Notes: a model not told the origin generated them from the sequence alone. A stretch of DNA of 64,000 nt from Eledone cirrhosa (GCA_964016885.1 OZ024743.1:222890001-222954000), one strand, 5' to 3'. Shown: positions 13,027-26,584, counted from the first letter of the stretch. Made by a program: numbers and translations.

Positions 13027-13295
13027 TGTTTAACGTCTATCTTCCACGTTAGCATGGGTTAGACGCGAATAGTCCCACTTGAGGCAGGATTGATCGGACA
13101 ACCGTGTCTCGCTCGTATAGGACTGTATCTGGCAGGTTTTCTATGGCTGGATGCCCTTCCTAACACCAACCACATTTACAGTATGGACTGGGAGCCTTTT
13201 TACCGTGCTTCCGACAACGGCCACATTACAGCATGGACTGTGTGTTTTTGTTGTTTAATTTGGACTGGATGTTGTAGTACCAACATATATATATA

Positions 13296-13415
13296 GTGAA
13301 GGCATGTGGCTGAGTGGTTAGAGAATTGGATACACTATCTTCAAGTTGTGAGTTCGATTCCTGGACCGGGTGATGCATTATGTCCTTGGGCAAGTCACTT
13401 TATTTCACGTTGCTC
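13296..13415 (+). mobile_element. tRNA-derived SINE head
   Basis: tggctgagtgg A-box, gagttcgattcc B-box, ccttgggcaagtcactt CORE-like segment. Confidence 0.75.
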
Positions 13416-13512
13416 CTTCTACCTGGAGTTGCGACCGATAGATAGTATTAGCAATTGGAAAGGCTGACGAAAACATTGTTTCCTCAGTCCGATTTGAGGA
13501 AAGTCAATCGAT

Positions 13513-13554
<42 letters not shown>

Positions 13555-15482
13555 TATATGTGTATGTATGTATGTATGTATATATATTTATATATATATC
13601 CCAACAAAGGGTTGGGAGGACTCTTCAGTTATGTCAAGGACATGACAACCTCCCCAGTGTTGGTGATCTACATGATAAACACACCTACCACATGCCATAA
13701 AATAGTTGAATATAGGAAAGGCATCAGACTTTAAAAATCAATGGGGTCAGTATCTCCACTTGAGTACCAGTCTGATCTGATGATGACCAGTATAACCATT
13801 ACTAGCAGGGAAAGAGGACGTTAAATGATGATAAAATATATATATAATGATGATAATATATATATATATATAATCCACCATCTTTTGGCTTCTGAACAGT
13901 TTCCTTCTGCCAAATTTTACTAACAGGGAACTGGACAATCCAAGGCGATAGGTAAATTACACTTGTCCAAGGTGTCACATGGGTAACTGTACTCCAAACC
14001 ATATTGTGACAAAGAAAACTCTTTAACCACACAGCCATGCCTGCATTTATATTTATTCTTTTTATGTGACTCAATAACTTTTTGATTTTTTTACATTAGT
14101 TTCATTTCATTATTTTGAAGAAATGCTTTAAAATTTGAAAAAAATAAAATTAATATAATTTTACCCACAGTGGAAAAAGTATTCTCCCAAATTTCCCCGT
14201 CACATGATGGGTAACACATGTTTTTTATGAATTCTTCTTTATAGTTATAGCTGAGGCAGTTGAGATGTTTATTCAGAGGAGGACGAGCTATGTTTTGTCG
14301 TTATTGGCCACTCACGTTATAGAAGTATCAAGTGATGCTTGTGAAGATACTTGGCTATTCCAGTGTCTCAGCCTCGCTATCACCTGTTATGGGTGTTTTG
14401 CCTTGCCACAAACATTTTTAGAAGGAAACACCAGTATGCATTGCTGTATAATGTGATCCAAAAAACAAATGAATGTCTTCACTCATTGAAATTTTTTCTC
14501 TGACAAATTTTTCTTGATTTGTTCCTTTTGTAAATTATATAAATTGTTATAATTTATTATAACAATTATTATAATTTGTTATAACAATTGTTATAAATTA
14601 TATAATTTGTTTACATTCTCAAAAGCTATTTGATTCAGCTCCCTAATTTAGACGATAAAATGTTGCCAGAGATCACTTTGTTAAGAGCACCCACCCAATA
14701 TCTGAAAATATGAAGTTCGATTCCGCTTAGTGACCGCTGGAAACATCTTTTTTCGTTTTTAAGGGTATCTACCCAATTTTTATAAGCTAATTTTATAGCA
14801 ACTGACTGTAATTGCAGTTATTGTTCACCCTACATCTTCGATATATAAATTGTGTTTATGGAACAGCGTTAGCAAATCTAAATTTTCTTATTCAATTAAA
14901 TAAAACATTTGCAGATTGCAGATTTGCAGATTGCAAAATATTCTTCAAAAAAGTACAAAACAGTTTTATGACAACCTCAATGAAAAATCAAAGTCTTTAC
15001 TCTGTAATACCTTTTTACAAAAATCTGTTCGTCAGAAAAAATACAAATGACACGTGTTTTCAGACATTTAAAAGTATAAAAATTGTCACTGATTCTTCTT
15101 TACATTCATACGAGTTATCTCCCTCATACCATCTTTTTTTTCTTTCTTTTTTTTGCGTTTTCTCTCTTGTTTCTTTTCTGGTTTATTTTCATGCGTCAAA
15201 AAGGAATTTATTTTTTTATGTATGCTGTTAATTTTGTGAAGACTCTTCAGTCATAGATTATTTTTAATATCATTTTTTCCTTAGAAAATAAATATGCTTA
15301 ATCATGCATGAGCTTGTGTATAAATTTATATCGCTAACGTTCTATTTTTCAAATCAGCAACGAGGAACATTGCGCCAAGATCAGATTACTCTTGGTCATA
15401 ACATGCACGTACGCGCACACACATACTGGTACATACGCACACGCATGCATTTGAACAAAGCTACACGGGCGTGCATGCACAT

Positions 15483-15565
<83 letters not shown>

Positions 15566-15876
15566 AGTCGTTTGGAAGCCTCGACAATGCAAATGGGTAA
15601 ATCTCCGGGTAACAAGGTCCGGTGGTGGAGAGAGAGATATGTAAGTGGGTGTACGTTGAGATGCGTGGTGTGTATAAGATGTGTGAGATGTGTAGAATGA
15701 AGGGAAGAGTAAAAGAATAAAAATAATAATAACAACACAAGAGAGAGAGTTACCTTGGGAGAGATTTAATAGTCCCTATATATTTCGGATTCACATCCAT
15801 CAACTGGGGTTTTTTCCGGGGTGGGGGAAAAGGTTGTCTGTCGGACAACTCGGAACGCGTCTTTCGCTGTCTGTTG

Positions 15877-15906
<30 letters not shown>

Positions 15907-15910
<4 letters not shown>

Positions 15911-16915
15911 AGGATGAATATAAAATGAAAGTGCTTTTTTTAAAAAAGGAATTTATTAGGTATTGACATATGTTTCTGTAACAGACTGAATACCTATGTA
16001 TCGCTGCTTGCGTAATCATATAATGTTAGCAAGTATTCGATAGCAAATGTATAATCAGTTGTCACTTCTTCAGAGATTTTGGATAAATTGGATAAAATCA
16101 GAAAAATTGAAGTATTTATATTAGTAATAGAGGAAGAAACAGAGGGGATAGTACATGACAGATGGTAAATTAATTTACTGCTAAACAAGTATATAATGGG
16201 TTTCTAATGAGAATACCATGAGTAAATCTAAATAAGAATTTTGGGAGTGCCAATTTTAATCTCTACTTGACCAACTGGACAGTGGACAGGGCTGGTCATT
16301 TGGTGCAGTAGTATTAATTATAAAGTGTCAATTGGGGAAGGGGGAGATTTCGATTGCTACTAAATAACATCAATGCTAGTAGCCAGCATTAGGGAATTGA
16401 ATCAAGAAATCAGAAATCTCATTTTATCTATAGCAGCTTGTATTAAAAGGTAAATAATAGAGGAGTTGATAGAATTAAGACTAATAAAGAATGTTAATAT
16501 CTATTTTGACAATCAAACGGGGATAGAGACAGGCGTTCAATCCTGGTAGTATTTATAATATGAAAATGTAGATTTTAAGTGATGGTTACAGTATAACGAT
16601 CGCTCTATTCTGTTATTTAATAAAATGTTTTTGGATTTCATAATACAAAATAATTCTACATTACATAATTTACAAAATTCCTGTCCATGGGAATATGGGG
16701 GGGGGGGCAGCCGCTATTATATCCCATTTTAGGTGAAATTGTTGGTTATTTTCACGCAGCTGCCAAGCCTTTTAAAAAAAGCACTTTCATTTTATATTCA
16801 TCCTTTCTACATTTTCTCCGGAATATAATTTATACTCGTTGAGCAAACCTGCACGTACGCTGTTCATCTCTAACGTAACGATATATTATCACTACATTAT
16901 TGATAACCTGAAATT
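15907..16915 (-). mobile_element. 5'-truncated Penelope-like element with inverted terminal segment
   Basis: minus 16768-16537 reads AWQLRENNQQFHLKWDIIAAAPP/YSHGQEFCKLCNVELFCIMKSKNILLNNRIERSLYCNHHLK...* (PLE GIY-YIG C-terminal CxxC..E..LN.R.E..CxH pattern, frameshift in the G run); ~39-bp inverted repeat 15907-15945/16770-16808; flanked by (TA)n. Confidence 0.8.
15959..16077 (-). ncRNA. Hammerhead ribozyme motif with long stem II in Penelope-like 3' region
   Basis: minus: CTGAAGA a gtgaca-actga...tcagt-c-tgttac a GAAA CATATG TC; stem I weak/decayed. Confidence 0.6.
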
Positions 16916-17133
16916 TTATATATATATATATATATATATTAAGCTCCGGCTTTAAAACAAAGTTCTATCCCTAAATAAAATTTAATTCAGTCTAAAGCAG
17001 TTGACATTCCTTCGTAGTTGATACCTACACTCGACGAGTTTATAATGGAATCTATGCACACGGACATTCGAACTAATAGAAACAACAGCTAAATCCTCTT
17101 CGAAGCATACCACATCATTTTAAACATAAAAGA

Positions 17134-17394
17134 ACCCATAATACAGAGTACGGAAAGATAAGCAAATATCGGAGCTTGTCCAGTCGCTTCCTCTTTGCAC
17201 CGGTTGCCGTCGAAACCTCAGGCGTCCTCGAACTCCATACAATTGACCTCCTCCATAAAATCGGAATGACAGCAGCCCGTCTGAGGAAGGATCACCGTGA
17301 GGTGGGGTAGCTGTTGCAGCGGCTGTCGCAGGCCATTGTCCATGGCAATGCCTTTGCCATTTTCTTCGGGGGCGCAGCCAAAACACCGCTCTGA
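17134..17394 (+). mobile_element. CRE-like RLE non-LTR retrotransposon 3' fragment
   Basis: KISKYRSLSSRFLFAPVAVETSGVL...KDHREVG*LLQRLSQAIVHGNAFAI; restriction-like endonuclease C-terminus; not in ORF track. Confidence 0.8.
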
Positions 17395-18573
17395 CTTAGG
17401 TGTAGAGTATGTCACCTTCTCCCCTTTCGCCATTCTTTCGTCGCTTAACATTCCTTTCACTTTCCCTCCTTTTCCTCTCATTTAAGCACTCAATGTCATG
17501 CATTTCTTTCAAAAGCGGAATAGTTCTGGCTGAAACGCATCGCACGATGAAGATTGACTTGAATAACAAATAAAGCAAGGGAGACAACTTCAATTCAATT
17601 GGAATTTACTTTAATTAGGAGTTACTTCCCTTATAAAAATTTCTCAGAAATATAATTACAAATTCATATAAATTCTAAATTTAACCAATTATTGTGTGGA
17701 GGAATGATTTTCATAATTTAAAAACATACTAACGCTATTAATTTTACTTTATATATTTCAGTTGTTTGGGGGCATTAGAATATTCGTCGCACTGTCTGCG
17801 ACATGGTCGCAGGCACAGTTCCATAGCAAATAATTCATTTTAATCAAGTCATTTACCAGATAACTACATCTCTGATATTATAAATTATTTTACAGTTATG
17901 TAGTGGCAGATTAACCTTGCATGGGTCTCTTAACTGAAAGTTTCATTGGGGTCCTTGTCTACTATATACAATAGCATAAAAATTAATTTCGAGCCCTAAT
18001 GTGTGCTGTAGTTGTATAAGTAAGGGTCTTAGTACATTGCTTTGCATGAGGGCCCTCTGGGTTTAGGTGCATAACGCATGTTGGTATGCTGTAATTGTGT
18101 AATATAGGGGTTCAAGTGTATTACTTTGCCCTTGTGGGGGAGGGTACATAATGCTGTTTAGACAGCCCTGGAATAGACCTGTTCAATCCATCCCAGCTTG
18201 AGAAAACAGCCATTCAATGATGATGATAATGACGATTATGATGATGATGATGATAATGACGATTATGATGATGATGATGATGACGACGATTGTTATGATG
18301 ATAATAATGGTGGTTTCAATATTAAAATGGTGTTAAGAAACTGTCTTTAAAAAAGGTTCTTCCTTAAAATTATAATAGAAAGTTTGGATTGGAATATGAA
18401 CTCTTTACAAGTAGAGGTTTTATATTATAAGTTCCTCACTACGATTCCCCAGCTCCATGATAGGCAATTCGGTCAAGTCAGACTTGGGAATGACCTGTTC
18501 CAGTCATTCCAAATCACCAACGGCATAAAGTAAGGCTGCATTTTTGCTCCAACACTGTTTATTATTTTTCAGC

Positions 18574-19025
18574 ATGGGGTGGTGGCATGGCAGAATTGGC
18601 AGAGCGTCGGACATTATGCTTAGCAGCATAGAGTTACGGCCCTTTACATTCGGAGTTCAAATCCTGCCGATGTTAGCTTTGCTTTTCATCCTTGCAGGGT
18701 CAATAAAATAAAGCACCAGTAACATACTGGCAGCAATTTAATCGATTTTCCCCTCCCATAAAATTGCTGGCCTTGTGCCTATTGTAGAAATCATTATTTT
18801 TCAGCATAGTGGTGGTGGAGTGGCAGAATTGATATAGCATCGAACAACATGATTTTGGCAGAGAGTAGCGGCTCTTTACGTTATGAGTTCAAATCCTTCC
18901 AAGGTTACCTTTTACTTACGGGATCGATAATAATTAGTACCAGTAATGCACTGGAGTCAATTTAATCAACATTTCCCTCCCCCAAAAATTGTTGGCCTTG
19001 TGTCTAAATCAGAAATCATTATTTT
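18574..19025 (+). mobile_element. Two tandem tRNA-derived SINEs
   Basis: A-box tggcagaattgg, B-box gagttcaaatcc, shared body gataaaataa.taccagt...ggccttgtgcct. Confidence 0.8.
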
Positions 19026-19029
19026 TCAG

Positions 19030-19190
19030 CATGGTATTGGAACAAACCATGAAGGACCTGCAAGAAGGCAAGGGGATTTACATCAGATTCTGCACCAATT
19101 GAAGCCTCTTTAACATGGGGTGGTTGCAGTCAAACACCAAGACCACATAAAAGCTGATCTGAAAGCTCCTAACCAATGATGATGCACTAT
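19030..19190 (+). mobile_element. RTE/BovB-like RT fragment
   Basis: GIYIRFCTN*SLFNMGWLQSNTKT...KLLTNDDAL resembles GIYIRFRTDG.LFN..RL...TK...LLFADD.AL. Confidence 0.65.
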
Positions 19191-19210
19191 ATAGAAAATA
19201 TATACATATT

Positions 19211-19339
19211 AGAGAGAGTCTTGAAGCTTGATAGCTGGGCTCTTGCTGTTTCAACAACAAATTCCAGACTGGAAATTCAAGTTTGGAATTTGCTGTTGAA
19301 ACAGCTAGAGCTCAGCTATCAGACCCCAACACTCTCTCT
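19211..19339. repeat. Imperfect fold-back repeat
   Basis: tgatagctgggctcttgctgtttcaacaacaaattccagact / agtttggaatttgctgttgaaacagctagagctcagctatca, 9-nt loop. Confidence 0.85.
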
Positions 19340-19460
19340 CAAATATATTTAGACTCTACTATCCCAAGTATCGAGTACTCTGCTGAATAATGGTCTTACT
19401 AGCTTAAAACTGCTAAAATCCCAATCTATACATGAATATATATATATATATATATATGAT

Positions 19461-19506
<46 letters not shown>

Positions 19507-19605
19507 CACAAACATGTATATATGTGTGCATGTGTAATATATATATGTATATATATATATATATATTATCCACAAACATGTATATATATGTGAGTGTGTA
19601 ATATA

Positions 19606-19655
<50 letters not shown>

Positions 19656-20354
19656 CAGACACACACATCAGTATTTTTTTTTTTTTTTCAATATAATGTT
19701 TTGCTGTGTAACCTAACTGCTCTGCAACATTGTCAGTTCCACTTATTAATTAAAACTGACATGATGCCAGGATGCATTGACAGAACTAGACAAAGCAAGA
19801 ATATGGTTAAAACGGATTTAACCTATTACTCCACTTTAGAAGGAACTGAACTCTAACATTTCAAGGGTTTAGAAGAAATAGAAATAGAGAAACTGTTTTG
19901 TTGGTAAAAAAAAATGGAAGGCTTCTTTTCTACTTTACTATTCATCTTTATCTCATTCTTTACTGTCTCACTACTGCACTTTATTCATTGCTATGTCTAC
20001 TGTGTCTACTCATGGAATTTGGTTTGTTTAGGTTTGCCCTGTTTCTGTTGAAGTGTATCTTCTTTATTTTCATGGATGCACAATGACAACCTGCCTAGTG
20101 CTGGTGCCACAATAAAATGCACCCAGTTCACCCTGTGATAAAATGCACTTGGTACAGCATGGCATTGTATGTAAATGGAATATAGGCCCCAACACATTGA
20201 TGGACTTGATAGAGTGTGGGAACATATATAAAAGAGATGATGCATGTCCACCCCATTCTTGGCCCATCTGAAATGTCAGTAGCTTTGCTTTAGTACTGTT
20301 CAATCTATAACAAACTGTGTAATTCTTGCTAACAGTGAAAATGCATGTTAAATG

Positions 20355-20429
<75 letters not shown>

Positions 20430-20434
20430 TCATA

Positions 20435-20642
20435 CACAAGAAGGTGCTGAAAAGTTCCTGGCTTTGGGTAAAAGAAAAATACTGGAGGATCAGTTAATTA
20501 TGATTTTATTCAACATATTCTCCTCTCAGATCACTTATTGCAGCAATCCTTCAGTTTTTCTAAGCCCTGTAAAACGAACTCAGAAGGTTGGACCACTAAT
20601 CAGGCCTCTGTAGCAGCAGGAACTTTTCAGCAACCCCTCGTG
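20435..20642. mobile_element. Mariner-type MITE
   Basis: TIRs cacaagaaggtgctgaaaagttcctg / caggaacttttcagcaacccctcgtg. Confidence 0.75.
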
Positions 20643-20889
20643 TGTGTATAGACACACACATATATACATATATACTTAATCAGAGCTACTGTCTTCCTGG
20701 ATGTGTCAGGAGACCACGTTTTACTCAATACTTTATATTTTGACATGGTTTCTATGGCTGGATGGTCTTCATAATGCCAACCACTTTGTAGAGTGCACTG
20801 AGTGTACTTTATCATGGCTCCAAATTAGAGAATTTGTCCTTGATAAGAGTGAAGAATTATTCAAACCATTTTGGCATGGTTTCTATAGC

Positions 20890-22093
20890 TATACAGCTGT
20901 CAAAAATATACAATCTTAGTCAAGGTGGAGGGGGATTCCCTTTGAAGTAGGCACCTTGTGCTTCCATATACTTTTCAAAGCACATCTAGAATGTTTCTTC
21001 TGTAATGTCTCTTAACTCTACTGTAACAGTCTACATATACTCTCAGCTGTTAAAGCAAGAAACTTTAATTGGCATCTTCATTTTTGTGAACAACCAGAAA
21101 AAACCAAGTCTGGAGAACAGAGTAAAATGCCTTTCTTTGTCAAGAAAATTTGGATGAGCTGAGATTTTGTCACAATGTAGCTGCTAGTTTTATGAAGCTC
21201 ACACTTCTTACACTGACCTATATGACAAAGCCATTGGAAGACTTCCTGATTGTGTTCCTTTGTAACAGTTTGTCCTTCTGATGTATATTTATGATGTACT
21301 ATGTCTTCGTAGTCAAAGTAAAGTCAAAATCACCTTCATTTTATTCTGCACCTGACATGCAACCTTGACGACATTGGATGTTTCCACTGTGATAACAAAG
21401 TTTTGGTTTCTGGGTTCTACCCATACACCTAAGTCACATCTCTGCAACCTGGTGCAATCTGCGACTAATCCAGGTTCTGCTGCACGTCAGGCTGAGGAGG
21501 CCAAACTCTTCAAATACCGGTCGTTCTCTGACAGGTTTGCGGTTGTACCCCTGGCAGTGGAGACTTCTGGTGTCTCGGCCCTAGGGCTACCTCCCTACTC
21601 ACCACCATAGGCGCTGAGCTGGCCAGCTGCAGGTGCGAACCCCGCGAGTTGGAGTGGCTTTTCCAGCGCGTCTCCCTTGCCGTCCTCCATGGGAACGCCT
21701 TCTCCATCCTGTCCGCCGGTGCTGGGGGGGAGGGGGGGGGGGGGCATCACGTACCATTCCATATTTAGGTATACAGAGTAACTATGTAGCATTCTATTTG
21801 AAATGTTACCATTTTGATAACACCCTAACACCTCCTAACTCCACTCCCGTTATCATGGTATTCAAGAGTAAAGGATTCTTGTTGACAGTATCAGAGGAAA
21901 TGAAAATGTGATAAGTAAGTAATACAGCACTTCATACACTGATTGTCTAACAGAGACTGGCACATCCAGCGAGCTTGCCAAAAACTACACATGCTCATTA
22001 ATGTATGTGGCTCCACTTTGCACACTTTCATCTTCCTTAAGTCTTTACTTCACACAGGAAAAAATAAAGTCAGATACTTTTTCAAGACACCTC
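20890..22093 (-). mobile_element. Decayed mariner element interrupted by the CRE fragment
   Basis: minus: QVQNKMKVILT.YFDYEDIVHHKYTSEGQTVTKEH.QEV and FWLFTKMK; TIR-like aaagtcagatactttttcaagacacctc before TA. Confidence 0.7.
21430..21725 (+). mobile_element. CRE-like RLE non-LTR retrotransposon 3' fragment
   Basis: GSAARQAEEAKLFKYRSFSDRFAVVPLAVETSGV/GPRATSLLTTIG...EPRELEWLFQRVSLAVLHGNAFSIL (one frameshift). Confidence 0.85.
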
Positions 22094-23214
22094 ATATATA
22101 TATATATCATCATGAAAGCATGTGGCTTAGTGGTTTGGATAATTGGTTCATGATTGTAATACATGAGTTCATTTGCTCTGGAAGGAGACACTTTATTTTG
22201 CATTCCTCCAGTCCAATAATTAATTTAAATGGTGATAGTTATGTCCTTTCCTTTAATCCTTTCATTGCCATATTTCTATTGAAAGACTGACTGTGCTTTT
22301 CAAATAATTTTGAAAATAACTAAGAATTCTTATTATGGTGTCTGGAACATAATTTAATGTTCTTTCATAAAATTATTATGAAAGGTTTTTAGATAAATAC
22401 AAACATTTAAAAACAAACAGTATTGAATTATAGAACCAGGGGAGGTTTCAGGGTGTTTGGTATCAAAAGGGTTAAAATTACTTTTTATCTAAGGTCACAT
22501 GTTAAAATGAATTGAAGATATTTGATAATTAGGAATGTATCTTATTGGTCAATGTACCAATCATGTTTGAATTGATAATGCCTACTAGTAATTATTTATT
22601 TTACCAAGCTAAAGTAACTGAGGTCAAGTTAATCTATTGCATTTTGACCAGAAATAATAATATAATATATATTGTATATATATATATAGCATAGTTTTAA
22701 GTTGTGACCTTTAAATCAGTTGTCCTACAACTTAACCCTTTTGTTTCAATATTTCTAGTGAAATACACTAACAATGTGTTTCAAATCAGCTCAGTCCTGA
22801 TTCAACAGACCTTCATTTATTCTTGACTTTACCATTTCACCATTTAATCAGGCGTAGTTTATCTAGGATTACATTATCCCATGTGTTTGTAATTTTTTTT
22901 TTTCAAAATGCAATTTAAGGGAGATTTTGTTGCTATTTCAGACATGTTGAGAAACTCCATAGAAGTTACCTAACTGGGCTGTGGTTACTACTGTCAAATA
23001 CTGGAGTCAATTTAATCAACTATACCTGCTCTCAAATTTGAGGCTTTGTGCTGATATTATGAATCAATACTAATTTGACTCAGTATTTTACTGGTATTTT
23101 ATTTTACCAACCCTGAAAGGATGAAAGGCAAAGTTGAGCTTTGCCCTTTAATGATTCTGTCAGTCCACAGCCAACAACAATGATATTAGTAAAAGCAATA
23201 CAATCAATTGTGAT

Positions 23215-23405
23215 AATTGTTTCTACTTTTGGCACAAGGCCAGAAATTATCCCAGTGTATTACTGGTACTTTATTTTATCGACCCCGTGGGGATGAAAGG
23301 CAAAGTTAACCTCGGCGGGATTTGAACTCAGACCATAAAGGGCCGTAACTCTTTGCTGCAAAGCACGGCGTCTGACCCTCTACCGATACTGCCAATACAC
23401 CGCCA
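23215..23405 (-). mobile_element. tRNA-derived SINE
   Basis: Reverse complement of the 18.6 kb family; ggatttgaactc B-box. Confidence 0.8.
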
Positions 23406-23544
23406 ATCAATTGTGATAATGACAAACCAATGAGTAAGACTCTAGATGTTTATTTGACCTGCTAAAATTAGAAGCCAAATCTCTCTCAAAGCACTCACTG
23501 CCACAGTGCTCAAATAGTGATCCATAGATTGAAGTTGCTGTTGA

Positions 23545-23885
23545 TGGTAACTGTAGTGATGGTGATGGTGGTGGTGGTATAGGTGATGGTAGTGGTGGTG
23601 GCAGTGGTGGTGGTGGTAGTGGTGGTGATGGCTGTGATGGTAGTAGTGGTTGTCTTAGTGGTGGTGGTGGTGGTGGCTGTGATGGTAGTAGTGGTTGTCT
23701 TAGTGGTGATGGTGGCTGTGGTAATGATGGTGGTAGTTGTTGGTAGTGGTGGTGGTGATGATGATGGCAGTGGTGGTGATGGTGGTGGTGGCTGTGGTGA
23801 TTGTGATGGTAGTGATGGAAGTCGTAGTAATGGTGGTTGTGGTGATGATGGTGGTGGTACTGATGGTAGTAGTGGTAGTGGTGAG
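23545..23885. repeat. (GGT/GAT)n low-complexity repeat
   Basis: Degenerate trinucleotide array. Confidence 0.9.
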
Positions 23886-24254
23886 ATTGGTATAACCTTT
23901 AAACTGTGACTGACATATGAGACTCACAGTAAAACACCAATAGTTAGTGACCCTTGCTCTCTGTTATGTGTATTAGCTACACCATTACATTTATCTTAGT
24001 TTAATAATAATTATTATTTCTAATTTAGGCACAAGGTCAGCAATCTGGGGAGGGGGGAGGGATTAAACTTACCCAGTGTTTCACTGGTACTTTATTTTGT
24101 CGACCCTGTATAGATGTAAGGTAAAGTAGACATCAGTGGAAAATAGTTTCTAATTTAGGCACAAGGCCAGCAATTATAGAGAAGGGATAAATCAATTACA
24201 TCAACCCCAGAAAGATGAAACATAAAGTTTAACCCAGAACGATAAAGAGTTTGA

Positions 24255-25400
24255 AAATGGTGGATACAAGTATTTAGGGATCTTAGAACTGGATGATATT
24301 TTATATGCCGAAATGAAAGAAAAGGTTAGAGAGTAATTTAAAACAAGTAAAAGTGATTTTAAAATCTAACCTGAATGCGAGAAATCTAGTCACTGCAATG
24401 AATATCTGGGCAATCGCAGTGGTTAGATGTAGTGGTTCCATTCTCTGGTGGACTGAAGAAAAAATAGCAATGTTAGATAGAAAGATGAGAAAGTTTATGA
24501 CAATGCAAGGAGTTTTACACCCTAAAGCAAATGCAGCAAATACAGTACATTGTACAGTACATCATCTTCGTTTGGGAAAATGGACGTTAAACGAAGATGA
24601 TGATGTACATGAAGAGGGAAAATGGTGGTAGGGTCTCATCAGTGTGGATTATTGTATGAGTGAAAGGAGAACTCTTGCAGAATATTTGGTAAACAGTGAC
24701 GAAGAGTTGTTGCAATATACAGTAGAAGATATGGGTATAGATGTTGTAGAAATGGTTGGAACAGAGGTGTTTAACCAAAGAGTCGAAGGGAAGATCTTCT
24801 GGAAATGAGTATGCATGGTCAGTTTGAAAGAAATACTCAGAATATCAAGGATAAAACAAGGTGATTTGAAGCGTACAACTGAAAGCTTTATAACTGCAGC
24901 ACAAGTCCAAACTTTTGCTGCCAATTCAGTGAAGTATAACATCTACAAAAGCTCAGACACTCAGGAATACAGACTCTGTGAAAATGATGTGGAAAATGTA
25001 ACCTACTTCATAAGTGGATGTAAGAGCCTTGCGCATAAAGAATACAAATGCCACTATGGTAAAGTCTGTTTGTACCTTCATTGACTGTTATGTCGTAAAT
25101 ACCAATACTAAGTAATAGAAAATTTGTATAAACATCTGCCTTGTAAAATAATGCAGGAGGACGGGAAAACAACCATATTCTGGGATTATGATTTTCAGAT
25201 TAATAGAATAATTGAGCATCGCCAACCGGATATTGTCGTATTGAACAAGAATGGGAATGATAAAATAAAACACACATAACCAAAACCCCAGAACTTACAA
25301 ATATATGCAGCATATAGAAACAACACTGCACAAACCCAAAGTACATAGAGCTGTGCTCAGTAATCACACAATAAAAATAAGATTAATAATAATAATAACA
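24255..25400 (+). mobile_element. R4/Dong-like RLE LINE 3' fragment
   Basis: YKYLGILE..KSNLNARNLVTAMNIWAIAVVR..LDRKMRK..LHPKA..TESFITAAQ..RLC..ENV..ISGCKSLA..ILWD...IEHRQPDIVV; (AAT)n tail. Confidence 0.85.
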
Positions 25401-26364
25401 ATGATGACTGTTTTTATTTGTCATAAAGGCATCAGATGAAGGGTCTTTACTGAGACAGGTTTGAGCATGAAGGTTACTAATAATAATAAATGATTTCTCT
25501 CATAGATATATCATTTAAATATTTAAGGATAAAGTATAGTTAGTTCAATTGACTCCAGTACATAACTGGTTCTTATTTTATTGAACTCAGAAGAATGAAA
25601 GGAAAAGTTGACCTCGAAAGGATTTGACCTCACAATATAAGGGATATAACCTCAAAAGATTTAGAACCATGTTCTACTATTTTTGCCAGTATAGCTTACA
25701 AACTAAGCAGTTAGGATGTTGGGCTCACAATGGTGAGATGGTCATTTCAATTTCTCAGACCAGGCAATGCATTGTTTCCTTGAGCAAGACACTTTATTTT
25801 ACATTGCTCCAGTTCACTTAACTGGAAAAATTGAGTACCAGTAGCAGTAACTGGGAGCTAACCTCATAATAGACTTCATCAGTTTCTGTCTACCTAATTC
25901 CACTCACAATACTATATTAGCAAACACTTGCTCAAAGTGGCACACAGTGGGAGGGAACCCAAAACAAAGTGGTTGTGAAGCAAACTCATTAAACACACAA
26001 CCATGCCCTCACTTAAGTAACTAAACTGTAACTAAATAACTATTAAACTTTGAACTTAAACAGCTCACATCACTCAACTGAGATTGTTACTTCTATTGAA
26101 TTTTTAATAACAAACACATCTTTCATAAACAAAGAAAATCACAGCAGTTCATATAAATGTTTTATAGTCGTGGTGAACAAAATGGCACATACATTACCGC
26201 AGTCAGAAATCTTCGTTTTCAACTCCTCTAAATTATGTAAGTTCTTGTTGTTTATCCCTTAATTTAGCCTTAATCAACAGGCATTTCAGTCATGACCATC
26301 ACATCTGTATTTTTTCAGCCATCGTGTATTTAGGAGTACCTTATCCAATGTGTGATTACTTTAA

Positions 26365-26584
26365 CCTTTTAGCATTTAAACCGGCCATGTCCGGCCAGAA
26401 TTCTCTCATTCCTTTCTGTTCAAACTAGCTGTGTCCAGCCGCTTATACTGATGTTAAGGTATTGTTCTCAAAATAAATAACACAAAATCTCGTAGATTCA
26501 ATATTATGTGAGATAATTATGTAAGATAATGCCGTTACTACAAAAATACAATAGTATATATAGAGTAATGTAAAGGCTAAAGGG
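26365..26584. mobile_element. piggyBac-type MITE (opposite orientation)
   Basis: Same family as 8486-8710; TTAA flanks. Confidence 0.85.

Noticed and set aside
13459-13518. CTGACGA plus hairpin plus CGATAC
   Set aside because: GAAA mutated and 3' side cut off by (TA)n; cannot support an HHR call.
17218-17481. GC-rich minus ORFs and an X-box-like palindrome
   Set aside because: Explained as the antisense of the CRE-like endonuclease fragment.
18574-19025. tRNA genes
   Set aside because: A/B boxes belong to SINE heads; no complete cloverleaf.
23583-23927. Poly-Val/Gly/Thr ORFs
   Set aside because: (GGT)n low-complexity translation.
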